NCBI GenBank assembly: GCA_012728755.1
Contig: JAAYEL010000020.1
Coordinates: forward strand, 723-64,722
Source: Tissierellia bacterium
GTDB lineage: Bacteria > Bacillota > Clostridia > Tissierellales > Peptoniphilaceae
Direction: 5' to 3'
Length of the DNA: 64,000 nt
Below are positions 17,330 to 27,922 of this stretch, in pieces (within the stretch, counting starts at the first letter, position 1; the number at the start of each line of letters is the position of its first letter). Position numbers and translations under genes: made by a program. Below the pieces are notes generated by a model. That model saw only the letters and a program-made list of their open reading frames with translations. It was not told where the DNA came from and searched no databases.

Positions 17330-18437
17330 ATGGAAATTTTTGAGATTAAAAATGAAACACAGAATCTAGCGAAGATTCTAAAGGAACTCGGTGATTCACT
17401 TTGACGTCGCTGGTAAAAAAGAAGAAGTAACAAAGTTACAAAAACAAAGCCTTGAGCCTGATTTTTGGGATGATAGCGACAAAGCAAGTAAGACAGTAAT
17501 TCAATTGAATAGTTTGAAAGATACAGTAGAACTACATGAAACGCTAAGCTCTGGGATTAATGATATCGGTGAAATGCTTGATATGTTGAGCGAAGAGGAA
17601 CTTTTAGAGTATAAAGCTGATATCGAAGCGGATTTGATTAAAAATAAAAAACAGATTGAAGAGCTAAAGATTCAAACGCTTTTATCAGGTGAATACGATA
17701 AGAATAACGCCATCGTATCAATCCATGCTGGCTCGGGTGGACTAGAGGCTACTGATTGGGCAGAAATGCTATTAAGGATGTATCAAAGATGGTTTGATTT
17801 GAAAAAATTCAAGTATCAAATCACAGATCTTAACAATGAAGATGCTGGTGGTATCAAATCAGCTACCCTTTTAGTTAAAGGAGTAAATGCGTATGGATAT
17901 TTGAAGGGTGAAAAAGGTGTTCATAGATTAGTAAGAATATCTCCTTTTGATTCGAATAAGAGAAGACATACTAGCTTTGCAAGTATTGATGTATATCCAG
18001 AATTAGAAGACGACCAAAATGTAGAGATAGACGATAAAGATTTGAGAATCGATACTTATAGGGCATCTGGAGCTGGGGGACAGCATGTTAATACGACAGA
18101 TTCAGCCGTAAGGATAACTCACTTACCAACGGGTGTTAGTGTTAGTTCACAATCTGAAAGATCTCAGATACAAAATAGAGTTACTGCTATGAAAATGCTG
18201 ATGGCCAAATTAGTACAGATAAAAGAAGAAGAACATAGAGAAAAGATAGAAGATATTCAAGGAAAATATTCGCAAATATCATGGGGAAGTCAAATCAGAT
18301 CATATGTATTTCAACCATATACTTTGGTAAAAGACCATAGAACCAATTTTGAGATTGGCAATATCGAAAAAGTAATGGGTGGAGAGTTAGATGATTTTGT
18401 TAACGCATATTTAAATATGAAGGGACAGGAAAAATAA
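17330..18437 (+). CDS. prfB: peptide chain release factor 2, expressed through a programmed +1 frameshift at 17399-17405
   Basis: Frame 0 reads ATG 17330 ... GGT GAT TCA CTT TGA (stop at 17402-17404). The +1 frame continues from GAC at 17403 into the 17391..18437 ORF, which has SPF and GGQ motifs. The SD-like GGTGAT lies upstream of the CTT TGA C slip site. Confidence 0.9.
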
Positions 18438-20551
18438 TGAGCATAATAACGAGGTTGGCAAAGGTACTTAATATAAAAGCTAGTCAAGTTGAAAAGACAG
18501 TAGCACTAATAGATGAGGGTAATACCATCCCATTTATAGCTAGATATAGAAAAGAAGTGACGGGCAATCTAACTGATGAACAGTTGAGAACTCTTGAAGA
18601 AAGACTTAACTATTTTAGAAATCTTGATAAGAGAAAAGAAGAGGTTATTTCTTCGATTGAATCACAAGAAAAAATGACTGATGAACTATTATTAGCAATA
18701 GCCAAAGCAGAGACTTTGAAGGATGTTGAAGATATATATCTTCCTTACAAACCTAAAAAAAGAACAAGAGCGACTATCGCTAGAGAAAATGGATTAGAAC
18801 CATTAGCGGATTATATATTGAATTTTGATAAAGAAGAAGATGATATACCTTCAGAAGCTGAAAAATATCTTGGCGAAAATGTGACAACAGCACAAGATGC
18901 CATCAATGGAGCAAAAGACATCATAGCTGAGATGATAAGTGAAAATGTAGATTTTAGAAACATCCTTCGTAGAGATGCAAAAAAAGTTGGCATGATTACT
19001 ACTGAAAAAGCGAATATTGAAGCGGATAAAGAAGAAGATGCGATCGTCTATGAGATGTATTTTGACTATGAGGAAAGCCTTAAATCAATACCTTCACATA
19101 GGATATTAGCTATAAATCGTGGCGAAAAAGAAGGAATTTTAAAAGTAAAAGTAGTCTTGTATCATGAAGATAATATATTTGAGATAGCTGCTCATATCCA
19201 ACCAAAAAGGTCAATAAAAAACTATAGCTATATATATGAAGCAACTGATGATAGTTATAAGAGATTGCTTTTTCCTTCAATAGAAACTGAGATAAGAAAT
19301 GAGTTGACAGAAAAAGCCGAATCTCAGGCTATAGACGTATTTGCTACAAACCTAAAACCATATATCATGCAAGCTCCTATTAAAGAAACAGTTGTTATGG
19401 GACTTGACCCAGGATTTAGGACTGGTTGTAAACTAGTTGTTGTATCAGAAACTGGCGAGCTTCTATATAATAGCGTTATATATCCAGCTAAACCAAAGGA
19501 AGATATAGCTGGTTCTAAGCGTGAAATGTTAAAGCTAATTGAAAAATATGGTGTTGGACTAATTGCTATCGGTAACGGAACTGCTCCAAGAGAGACTGAA
19601 CAAGTGGTTTCTTCGATGCTTTCTGAGATAAAAGGAAAGAAAGTATACTACACTATAGTTAATGAATCTGGAGCTTCTATTTATAGTGCATCAAAGGTAG
19701 GTATAGAAGAGTTTCCTAATCACGATGTTACTGTAAGAGGAGCTGTATCTATAGCAAGAAGAGTTCAAGATCCAATGGCAGAACTTGTAAAAATTGAACC
19801 TAAACATATTGGTGTAGGACAATATCAACATGATGTAAATCAAAAAAACCTTACTGAAACATTAGATAAGGTTGTTGAAGATTGTGTAAATAACGTAGGA
19901 GTAAACTTAAATACAGCTTCTCCTTCACTATTATCATATGTATCAGGAATAAATAAGACTGTTTCAAAAAATATAGTAGCTTTTAAGGAAGAAAATGGAC
20001 CTTTTACAAGTAGAGCTCAGCTAAAAAAAGTTAAGGGACTTGGACCAAAAGCATTTGTTCAATGTGCGGGATTTCTAAGGATTCCTAATGGAAAAAACCC
20101 ATTAGATAATACGGCTGTACATCCAGAAAGTTATGATATAGCAAAACAAATTATGAATGAAGATTTAGATGATATTAATATAGAAGAAAAAGCAACACAA
20201 CTAGGTGTTGGTTTACCAACACTTAAGGATATAATTCAGGAACTTAAAAAACCTGGTAGAGATCCAAGAGAAGATATGCCTAAACCAATACTTAGAGCCG
20301 ATGTACTAAGTATTGACGATTTATCTGAAGGAATGGAACTAAAGGGAACTGTTAGAAATGTGGTCGACTTTGGATTATTCGTAGATATCGGAATAAAAAA
20401 TGACGGATTAGTGCATATATCTGAGATATCAGATGAATTTATAAAACATCCTAGCCAAGTGGCAAAGGTATCGGACATAGTAAAGGTAAGAATTATTAGT
20501 ATCGATAAGAAACGCTCAAAGGTAGGGTTATCAATGAAAGGACTTAAATAA
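18437..20551 (+). CDS. tex: Tex-family transcription accessory protein (YqgF/RuvX-like, HhH and S1 domains)
   Basis: 704 aa. N-terminal [10 protein letters not shown] motif and a C-terminal S1 domain ([16 protein letters not shown]). Confidence 0.9.
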   Translation: MSIITRLAKVLNIKASQVEKTVALIDEGNTIPFIARYRKEVTGNLTDEQLRTLEERLNYFRNLDKRKEEVISSIESQEKMTDELLLAIAKAETLKDVEDIYLPYKPKKRTRATIARENGLEPLADYILNFDKEEDDIPSEAEKYLGENVTTAQDAINGAKDIIAEMISENVDFRNILRRDAKKVGMITTEKANIEADKEEDAIVYEMYFDYEESLKSIPSHRILAINRGEKEGILKVKVVLYHEDNIFEIAAHIQPKRSIKNYSYIYEATDDSYKRLLFPSIETEIRNELTEKAESQAIDVFATNLKPYIMQAPIKETVVMGLDPGFRTGCKLVVVSETGELLYNSVIYPAKPKEDIAGSKREMLKLIEKYGVGLIAIGNGTAPRETEQVVSSMLSEIKGKKVYYTIVNESGASIYSASKVGIEEFPNHDVTVRGAVSIARRVQDPMAELVKIEPKHIGVGQYQHDVNQKNLTETLDKVVEDCVNNVGVNLNTASPSLLSYVSGINKTVSKNIVAFKEENGPFTSRAQLKKVKGLGPKAFVQCAGFLRIPNGKNPLDNTAVHPESYDIAKQIMNEDLDDINIEEKATQLGVGLPTLKDIIQELKKPGRDPREDMPKPILRADVLSIDDLSEGMELKGTVRNVVDFGLFVDIGIKNDGLVHISEISDEFIKHPSQVAKVSDIVKVRIISIDKKRSKVGLSMKGLK

Positions 20552-20552
20552 T

Positions 20553-22241
20553 ATGAGAATGAAGAATTTTTATATGCCAACTCTTAGAGAAAATCCAGCT
20601 GAAGCTGAGATAGCAAGTCATAGACTACTATTGAGAGCAGGCATGATTAGAAAAACGGCTTCTGGCATCTACACATATTTACCTTTAGGATTTAGAGCGA
20701 TTAAGAAAATCGAAGGAATCGTAAGAGAAGGCATGGATAGATTTGGTGCACAAGAAGTTTTGATGTCTGCTATCCAACCACAAGAGATTTGGGAAGAATC
20801 AGGAAGATGGGCTAACTTTGGTCCAGAAATGTTCAAGCTAAAAGATAGAAATGATAGAACATTTTGCCTTGGACCTACAGCAGAAGAGTATTTTACGATG
20901 CTTGTAAGAGATGAACTTAAATCATACAAGCAACTACCTTTAAATCTATATCAAATTCAAACAAAATATAGAGATGAGAAAAGACCACGCTTTGGGATAA
21001 ATAGAGCTAGAGAATTTACTATGAAGGATGCTTATTCATTTGATAAGGATCATGAAACTATGCTTGAATCATATAAAAATATGTGGCATGCATATGAATA
21101 TATATTTGATAAAATTGGCTTAGATTATAGAGTGGTAAAGGGCGATAGCGGAGTTATGGGCGACAGCGACTCACATGAATTCGTAGCTATGAGTGAGACT
21201 GGCGAAGGAATAATTGTGTATAGTGACGACTCTGAATATGCAGCGACTGATGAAAAAGCAGAGGTTGTATTAGCTAAACCTGAGAAAGAAGAGATGAAAG
21301 ATCTTGAAGAAGTAAGTACGCCTGATGTTAAGACTATAGAAGATTTAGCTGGTTTTCTAGATATGGAACCTAGTAGATTTGCTAAAGTAGTTGCTTTAAG
21401 AGTGGCTGACGAAAATGTATTTGTTTTAATTCCTGGAGACAGAGAGTTAAATATGGCTAAACTAGTTTCTTATTTAAAAGCACCAGAGCATGAGATTGAG
21501 ATGCTATCAGATGAGCAAATAGAAAAAGCTACAGGTGCAAAAGCAGGTTTTTCAGGACCTATAGGATTAAAGGGAGTTAGACTGTTAGTTGATAAGAGAA
21601 TAAGTGAGAGATCAAATCTTGTATGTGGGGCAAATAAAACGGATGCGCATATAAAAAATGTAAACTATGGAAGAGATTTTGAAGGCGAGATAGTTGAAGA
21701 TCTTCTATTAATAAAGGAAGGCGACAAAGGGCCTAATGGTGAAGAACTTAAATTTGCTAGAGGAATTGAAGTCGGAAATATATTTCAACTTGGGACTAAA
21801 TATTCTGAACCAATGAAAGCTACATTCTTAGATGAAAATGGAAAAGAAAAACCATTTATCATGGGAAGTTATGGAATTGGTATCACAAGAACGGTAACTG
21901 CTGTGATTGAACAAAACTATGATGAAAAAGGAATAGTTTGGCCGGCATCAGTAGCCCCATATCATGCCATCATAACTGTAATGAATATAAATGATGAGAC
22001 TCAAATGGAATTAGCTAATGAGCTTTATGATCAATTATGGGATAAAGGTATCGAAACGATGCTAGACGACCGTAAGGAAAGACCGGGAGTTAAGTTTAAT
22101 GACAGGGATTTAATTGGTATACCATACAGAATTACAGTAGGTAAGAAAGCTTCAGAGGGAATAGTAGAGTTTTCAACTAGAGCTGAAATGCTTAATGAAG
22201 ACATTGATAAATCTGAATTATTGAATAAAATCAAATTGTAA
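20553..22241 (+). CDS. proS: proline--tRNA ligase (bacterial type with INS editing domain)
   Basis: 562 aa. Class II motifs (FRDE-like [19 protein letters not shown]) with an inserted editing domain. Confidence 0.95.
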   Translation: MRMKNFYMPTLRENPAEAEIASHRLLLRAGMIRKTASGIYTYLPLGFRAIKKIEGIVREGMDRFGAQEVLMSAIQPQEIWEESGRWANFGPEMFKLKDRNDRTFCLGPTAEEYFTMLVRDELKSYKQLPLNLYQIQTKYRDEKRPRFGINRAREFTMKDAYSFDKDHETMLESYKNMWHAYEYIFDKIGLDYRVVKGDSGVMGDSDSHEFVAMSETGEGIIVYSDDSEYAATDEKAEVVLAKPEKEEMKDLEEVSTPDVKTIEDLAGFLDMEPSRFAKVVALRVADENVFVLIPGDRELNMAKLVSYLKAPEHEIEMLSDEQIEKATGAKAGFSGPIGLKGVRLLVDKRISERSNLVCGANKTDAHIKNVNYGRDFEGEIVEDLLLIKEGDKGPNGEELKFARGIEVGNIFQLGTKYSEPMKATFLDENGKEKPFIMGSYGIGITRTVTAVIEQNYDEKGIVWPASVAPYHAIITVMNINDETQMELANELYDQLWDKGIETMLDDRKERPGVKFNDRDLIGIPYRITVGKKASEGIVEFSTRAEMLNEDIDKSELLNKIKL

Positions 22242-22447
22242 CATTCATTTCACTAAATGAATAAAGGTGGATTATTATACGATATTCAAGTATACAATGT
22301 AATAAATAATATTTCAAAGTGTAAACAAGTGTTAGACTTCCAACAATGACGCTTAATTGAATAATATTCAAAGCTAAAAATATAGAATAATATTAGTATA
22401 TATAATAGAAAAATATAAAATATAATACATAAATAGTCTATTAAAGC

Positions 22448-22476
22448 TTGACAATGTATTCAAAAGTTATTATAAT
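22448..22476 (+). promoter_or_regulatory. consensus sigma-A promoter of the Opp-type operon
   Basis: TTGACA (22448-22453) - 17 nt - TATAAT (22471-22476). Confidence 0.7.
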
Positions 22477-22533
22477 AAACAGCATATAGAAAAATTGAAT
22501 GTGTTTCTATAACAAAACATTTAGGAGGATATT

Positions 22534-24876
22534 ATGAAATCAACTAAAAAATTATTAGCTTTGTTATTGGCTTTAGTTTTAGTTCTAGCAGCTTGTGGTC
22601 CAACTACAACTCCAGAAGAACCAACTAAACCAACAGAAGGCGAAACGCCAACTGAACCAACAGAGCCAACTGAACCAACAGGTGAAGAGCCAACTGGTGA
22701 AGAAACACCTGAAGATCCAGCAGTAGCAGGCGTACAAAAGTTTGCTGACGCTGAAACTCTTGTAGTAGGAGCTCCAGAACTAAGTGGTGACTATATTAAT
22801 GGTTTTGGTAATTCAAGCTATGACGTTTGGATTAAAAACCTTATAGGAACTTATGGTGGTGAATTAGGATACGCAACTATCTATTCAAATGCTAATGGCG
22901 AATTTGTAAACAACCCAACGGTTCAAGCACAAGACCCAGAAGTAACTACAAACGCAGATGGATCAAAAACTTACAGATTCTTCTTAAAAGATGGTCTAGT
23001 ATGGAATGATGGTACACCAATCACAGCTAAAGACTATGTATTCGGTACATTCTTTACTTCATCTCCAGAATGGGGAACAACAGGTTCTCAAAACAACAAC
23101 TCTGGTGAAGATTTAGTAGGATTCGTTGATTATAACGAAGGAAAAACTAGAACATTCCCAGGATTAAATCTAGTTGATGAAAAAACTTTTGAAATCACTT
23201 TAGATGCTTCAAAAGTACCTTACTTCTTCGAAACAGCTTTAGTAGCTACATCTCCAACTCCAATGCATAGATACGCTCCAAACCTAGATATCGTTGGTAG
23301 CGAACTTGTAGTAGAAGAAGGATATACAGTAACTGATGCAGATAAAGCTTTATTAGTAACTGGTCAAGAAGACGTAGTTGAAGCAGCTAAGACAACTCAT
23401 GATGCTGAAGTTAAAGCAGTAACTGATGCAGCAAATGCTACACCAGAAGAAGAAACAGAAGAAACTAAAGCAGCTAAAGAAGCAGCTCAAAAAGTATTAG
23501 ATGATTTTAACGCTTTAGTAGAAGCAGGAACTTTACAAGAAACATTGGATGCAGCTAATGCTGAAGGTGGCACTCCACTTGATCCAAAACTTGATACACT
23601 TGTAAAAACAAAATTAGCTTTAACAGCTGAAGAAACTAAATTAGCTGGATATAAAGATGGTACTATTGAATTAGAACCAATCAACTTATTAATGACAGCT
23701 GCAGCAAACGACATAGCTTATACTTATAGATTTAAGCCAGACGTAACTGCTGGACCATACAACTTCGTTTCATTAGAAAACGGTATGGCTAAAGTAACAT
23801 TAAATGACAAATTCGTTGGTAACGCAAGCGGCAAAAAACCAACAATCAAAAACGTTATAGTACAAACAGTTCAAGCAACAATCGACGTTGACTTAGTAAT
23901 AGCTGGTACTGTAGACTTAGCTCCTGGCGTTATCGAAGGTGCTAAGATAAACAAAGCAAAACAAACTCCAGATAAAGTTGGTATGGCAACATACTACAGA
24001 AACGGTTACGGAGTTATGCCTATATTAACTCATATGGGAGCAACACAACATAAAGGTGTTAGACAAGCAATTGCTTACTCACTTGATAGAACAGGATTCG
24101 TTCAAACTATCGCAGAAGGTTACGGAACAGTTGTTAACGGAGCTTTCGGTGTTGACCAATGGGAATATGTAGATGCTACTGAAGAAGGTAAATTAGATGA
24201 TTTAATCAACTATACAGTAAACGTGACAGCTGCAAATGCTGCATTAGATACTACTCCTTATAAATTCGAAAAAGATGGTACTACACCATGGGATGCTGAA
24301 AAAGCAGCTACAGAATTTGCATCAAATTCTGACGGATTTAGCTATTGGAGATATGACGCTGAAGGTAACCAATTAAGAGTTATCCACGAAGGTACAGTTG
24401 ATAATACAGTTACTGACTTAATTAATACTCAATTACCAAATAACGCAAAAGCAGTTGGTATGCAATATATTATTAATGCAGTTGACTTTGCTACATTATT
24501 AAATCACTACTACTATCCAAAAACTGATGACAAAGAAGCTCCAACAGTATTCAACATGGGTAACGGATTTGGTACTCCAAACGATCCTTACTATTCATGG
24601 CATAGTTCTCAAATCGGTGCAGGAAACTTATCAAATGTTAACGATCCTGAACTTGATAAAGTATTAGATACTATGAGAAAAGCTGATGCTACTGATAGAG
24701 AAACTTGGTTAAACGGTTGGGTAACTTTCCAACATTGGTATAATGAAAACATGCCAGCAATACCTCTATATGGTAATGAATATCATGATATTCATACTTC
24801 AAGAGTACAAGGATTAGAAACTACACCATTCTATGATTGGTCATATGTAATTACTAATCTTACACTTGCTCAATAA
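22534..24876 (+). CDS. ABC transporter substrate-binding lipoprotein, family 5 (Opp/Dpp-type), enlarged
   Basis: 780 aa. Lipobox LAAC, a Pro/Thr/Glu-rich tether (residues about 22-62), an SBP_bac_5-like core and an Ala/Glu-rich helical insert (about 23330-23660). Confidence 0.85.
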   Translation: MKSTKKLLALLLALVLVLAACGPTTTPEEPTKPTEGETPTEPTEPTEPTGEEPTGEETPEDPAVAGVQKFADAETLVVGAPELSGDYINGFGNSSYDVWIKNLIGTYGGELGYATIYSNANGEFVNNPTVQAQDPEVTTNADGSKTYRFFLKDGLVWNDGTPITAKDYVFGTFFTSSPEWGTTGSQNNNSGEDLVGFVDYNEGKTRTFPGLNLVDEKTFEITLDASKVPYFFETALVATSPTPMHRYAPNLDIVGSELVVEEGYTVTDADKALLVTGQEDVVEAAKTTHDAEVKAVTDAANATPEEETEETKAAKEAAQKVLDDFNALVEAGTLQETLDAANAEGGTPLDPKLDTLVKTKLALTAEETKLAGYKDGTIELEPINLLMTAAANDIAYTYRFKPDVTAGPYNFVSLENGMAKVTLNDKFVGNASGKKPTIKNVIVQTVQATIDVDLVIAGTVDLAPGVIEGAKINKAKQTPDKVGMATYYRNGYGVMPILTHMGATQHKGVRQAIAYSLDRTGFVQTIAEGYGTVVNGAFGVDQWEYVDATEEGKLDDLINYTVNVTAANAALDTTPYKFEKDGTTPWDAEKAATEFASNSDGFSYWRYDAEGNQLRVIHEGTVDNTVTDLINTQLPNNAKAVGMQYIINAVDFATLLNHYYYPKTDDKEAPTVFNMGNGFGTPNDPYYSWHSSQIGAGNLSNVNDPELDKVLDTMRKADATDRETWLNGWVTFQHWYNENMPAIPLYGNEYHDIHTSRVQGLETTPFYDWSYVITNLTLAQ

Positions 24877-25113
24877 TCAAAATTAATTGATTAATCTTAA
24901 TTAATAGATTATAGTAAGTAATAATATAATATATACTTAGGGAGGCGAGTTATTCTCCTCCCTATGTTATGTTTATGGCCTATTAATGTCTGATGAAAAT
25001 CAGCCTAATAGAGAAAGCTTATAATAATTTATGACCCACATATGTGAGGTCTATTTCGCATTTGTAGGTCATCAATTATAAAGAAAGGGGATACCCGTTA
25101 AACGGGAGTTATT

Positions 25114-26070
25114 ATGTTTAAGTATATTTTAAAAAGAATTATCAATTTAATACCAGTTTTATTGATTATTTCAATCTTACTTTTCACTCTTAGTGAGGCT
25201 ATGCCAGGATCACCTATCGACCAGATGATACCTCAAAACATTAAGTCTGAAAGGCAAAAAGAACAGTTAAGAAAGAATTTAGAAGAAAAGTACAATCTAA
25301 ATGGAAGTATTCCAGAAAGATATATTGGATGGCTTTTCAGGATATCACAGGGAGAATTCGGTCAATCCACTAGATATCAAAGAGATGTTAAGGAAGTTTT
25401 GGCTCAACCATTAAAGAACACATTAATATTAAATTTGGGTTCTACGTTGATCGCATTTTTCTTATCGTTAATAATAGGGATTAAATCTGCCGTCAAAAGA
25501 GGCGGAGTTTACGATAAATTTTGGCAAGTATTCTCATTATTTGGGATATCAATACCTACATTTTTTACAGGTATGATTTTAATCTATGTATTTGCCCTAA
25601 AATTAGGATGGTTACCAGCAGGTATGATGCCTGTTAATAATGATATTGGTCTTTGGTTACGACATTTAGCTCTGCCAACAATAACTCTTACTATAGGTTC
25701 GTTAGCATCTACATCTAGATACGTAAGAAATTCAATGATTGATGCACTAAGCAATGACTACATAAGAACTGCTAGAGCAAAAGGCTTGAGTGAAAAGACA
25801 GTAATTTATTCTCATGCATTTAGAAATGCTTTAATACCAGTAGTTACAGTAGTTGCTTGGTCATTAACTGGATTATTAAGTGGGGCTGCTATTACAGAAC
25901 AATTATTCGCATACAATGGTATAGGTAAATACTTTATAGCATCTATATTAGCTCAAGATTATAATGTAATCATGACATTAAATATGATGTATGCTTTATT
26001 GTCAGTTATTGGTAACTTATTGATGGATATTGGTTATTCATTAGTAGACCCAAGAGTTAAATTATCATAG
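25114..26070 (+). CDS. Opp/Dpp-type ABC permease (OppB-like)
   Basis: 318 aa, six TM helices. EAA-type loop YIRTARAKGLSEKTVIYSHAFRNALIP. Confidence 0.9.
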   Translation: MFKYILKRIINLIPVLLIISILLFTLSEAMPGSPIDQMIPQNIKSERQKEQLRKNLEEKYNLNGSIPERYIGWLFRISQGEFGQSTRYQRDVKEVLAQPLKNTLILNLGSTLIAFFLSLIIGIKSAVKRGGVYDKFWQVFSLFGISIPTFFTGMILIYVFALKLGWLPAGMMPVNNDIGLWLRHLALPTITLTIGSLASTSRYVRNSMIDALSNDYIRTARAKGLSEKTVIYSHAFRNALIPVVTVVAWSLTGLLSGAAITEQLFAYNGIGKYFIASILAQDYNVIMTLNMMYALLSVIGNLLMDIGYSLVDPRVKLS

Positions 26071-26078
26071 GAGGGCTT

Positions 26079-27917
26079 ATGTTAGAAAAAATTAAAAACA
26101 TATTTAGAAAAAGCGATAAGCCTAGTGAAGTTGACGTAGAGACTTTATTAAAGGAAGAAGCTATTACTTCTCCTGCAAAACAAATAGTAAAAAGATTTTT
26201 CCAAAACAAATTGGGAGTAATTGGTCTTGTTGGATTCCTAGCAATTGTATTAACAGTTTTTATAGGATCATCACTTTTAAAGTATGATGCATATTATTCA
26301 CAAGGCGTTATGAAAAACATCGGAACTGGTTCAGGATACATGAACATTCCAAATCAATTAGAAAAAGAAGGTATAAAGAAGATTGATATTGGTACTACTT
26401 TTTCGATTGGTTTATCAAAAGAAAATAACTTCTTTGTATGGGGTTATTATGAACCTCAATTAGGAGAGGTGCCAGAGGCTGCTACTGCAGTACAAGGTAA
26501 GGTTAAAGATATAGCTGCCGGTGATAAGCATGTATTGATATTAACTGAAGATAATAAAATCATTGGATGGGGAGATAATGCTCATGGACAAATAGAGCAT
26601 CCAACTGATTTCGATAAATTGATAGAAGAAGAAGGAATCTCATATATTGGAGCAGGAGATCTTTATTCAGTACTTTTAACTGATAAAGGAACATTTAAGG
26701 CTTGGGGAGCTACTTTACCTACAAACCTTCATAGAATTAGTACAGCATATAATCAAAATATCGCATATGTAGAAGAAGGTTCAGTAGACGTATTAGCTCT
26801 TACAAAAGACGGACGTGTTGTTGTATTAGGACAAAAAGGTTCTGAGCTTGACACAGCGCTACCTGAAGAAATAGGTAGAAATGGAACTGTTAAGATAGTA
26901 GAAATAGGCAGGATGAGATACTCAGGTGCAGCAGTTGACGAAAATGGTAAACTATATACTTGGGGATCAAGCTTAGATGGTGCGAATAAAGCGCCAGAAA
27001 TTGATGGAAAAGTAATTAAATTAGAATCTGGTAGAGAAAGTATAGTGGCTCTTACAGATACAGGCAAAGTATATGCTTGGGGAAATAATAACTACGGTAC
27101 TTTAGATTATCCTAAGGATGATGGATATAAAAACATATTTGCAGGATTCTTTAATAATTATGCTATAAAAGAAAGTGACACAGGTGAGACTCAATCAGTA
27201 TCTACTTGGGGACTTGACGGTTTCATAATGGGATCTGATGAGCAAGGTAGAGACTTATTTACTCGTTTAGTAAACGGTGGTAAGATGACTTTATTAATCG
27301 CTTTAGTAGCTGTAGTAATTCAAATAGTTATCGGGGTAACTGTAGGGGTTGTGGCAGGATTCTATGGTGGAGTTGTAGATAACATACTTATGAGATTTGC
27401 GGAAGTTGTTGCATCTTTCCCATTTTACCCACTAATTATCACTATATCTGCATTGTTGCCTGTGGATACGTCTCAATACACTAGATTAATTATGATAATG
27501 TTTATATTAGGTATATTGAACTGGACTGGTATCGCTAGACTTGTTCGTGGAGAGATATTATCAGAAAGACAAAAAGACTATATAACAGCAGCAAAAGCAT
27601 TAGGGTTAAAAGAAAGCAAGATAATGGCGAGCCATATGGTTCCAAACATTATTTCTATTATCATAGTACAAGCTACTTTAGGATATGCAGGAAGTTTATT
27701 ATCAGAAGCAGGATTATCATTCCTTGGTTTTGGTGTTAAAGATCCATTCCCATCTTGGGGAAATATGCTTTCTAAAGCTAATGAAGTAGCCGTTCTAGAA
27801 ACTTACTGGTGGCGTTGGGTATTCCCTGGTTTATCGGTATTCTTAACAGCTTTAACAGTTAACTTTATAGGTGATGCGTTAAGAGACGCTATGGACCCTA
27901 AAGCGCTAGAAAGGTAG
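26079..27917 (+). CDS. Opp/Dpp-type ABC permease (OppC-like) with a seven-repeat RCC1-like beta-propeller inserted in the first extracytoplasmic loop
   Basis: 612 aa. TM1 at residues about 45-67. Seven repeats at residues about 95-385 end in WG-type motifs (VWGYY, GWGDNAHGQ, AWGATL, VLGQKG, TWGSSLDG, AWGNNNYG, TWGLDG). The canonical OppC body follows, starting GSDEQGRDLFTRLV. Confidence 0.8.
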   Translation: MLEKIKNIFRKSDKPSEVDVETLLKEEAITSPAKQIVKRFFQNKLGVIGLVGFLAIVLTVFIGSSLLKYDAYYSQGVMKNIGTGSGYMNIPNQLEKEGIKKIDIGTTFSIGLSKENNFFVWGYYEPQLGEVPEAATAVQGKVKDIAAGDKHVLILTEDNKIIGWGDNAHGQIEHPTDFDKLIEEEGISYIGAGDLYSVLLTDKGTFKAWGATLPTNLHRISTAYNQNIAYVEEGSVDVLALTKDGRVVVLGQKGSELDTALPEEIGRNGTVKIVEIGRMRYSGAAVDENGKLYTWGSSLDGANKAPEIDGKVIKLESGRESIVALTDTGKVYAWGNNNYGTLDYPKDDGYKNIFAGFFNNYAIKESDTGETQSVSTWGLDGFIMGSDEQGRDLFTRLVNGGKMTLLIALVAVVIQIVIGVTVGVVAGFYGGVVDNILMRFAEVVASFPFYPLIITISALLPVDTSQYTRLIMIMFILGILNWTGIARLVRGEILSERQKDYITAAKALGLKESKIMASHMVPNIISIIIVQATLGYAGSLLSEAGLSFLGFGVKDPFPSWGNMLSKANEVAVLETYWWRWVFPGLSVFLTALTVNFIGDALRDAMDPKALER

Positions 27918-27922
27918 GAATT

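Noticed and set aside
20553-20560. T-box leaders upstream of proS (20553) and serS (43793)
   Set aside because: proS starts 2 nt after the tex stop. serS is preceded only by the tail of the frameshifted nnrE gene. There is no room for a 200-300-nt leader.
22597-22719. The PTEPTEPTEPT-encoding 9-bp repeats as an independent tandem-repeat or contingency locus
   Set aside because: The repeats are imperfect and in frame, and they sit exactly where lipoprotein tethers normally occur. They are treated as a low-complexity linker of the binding protein.
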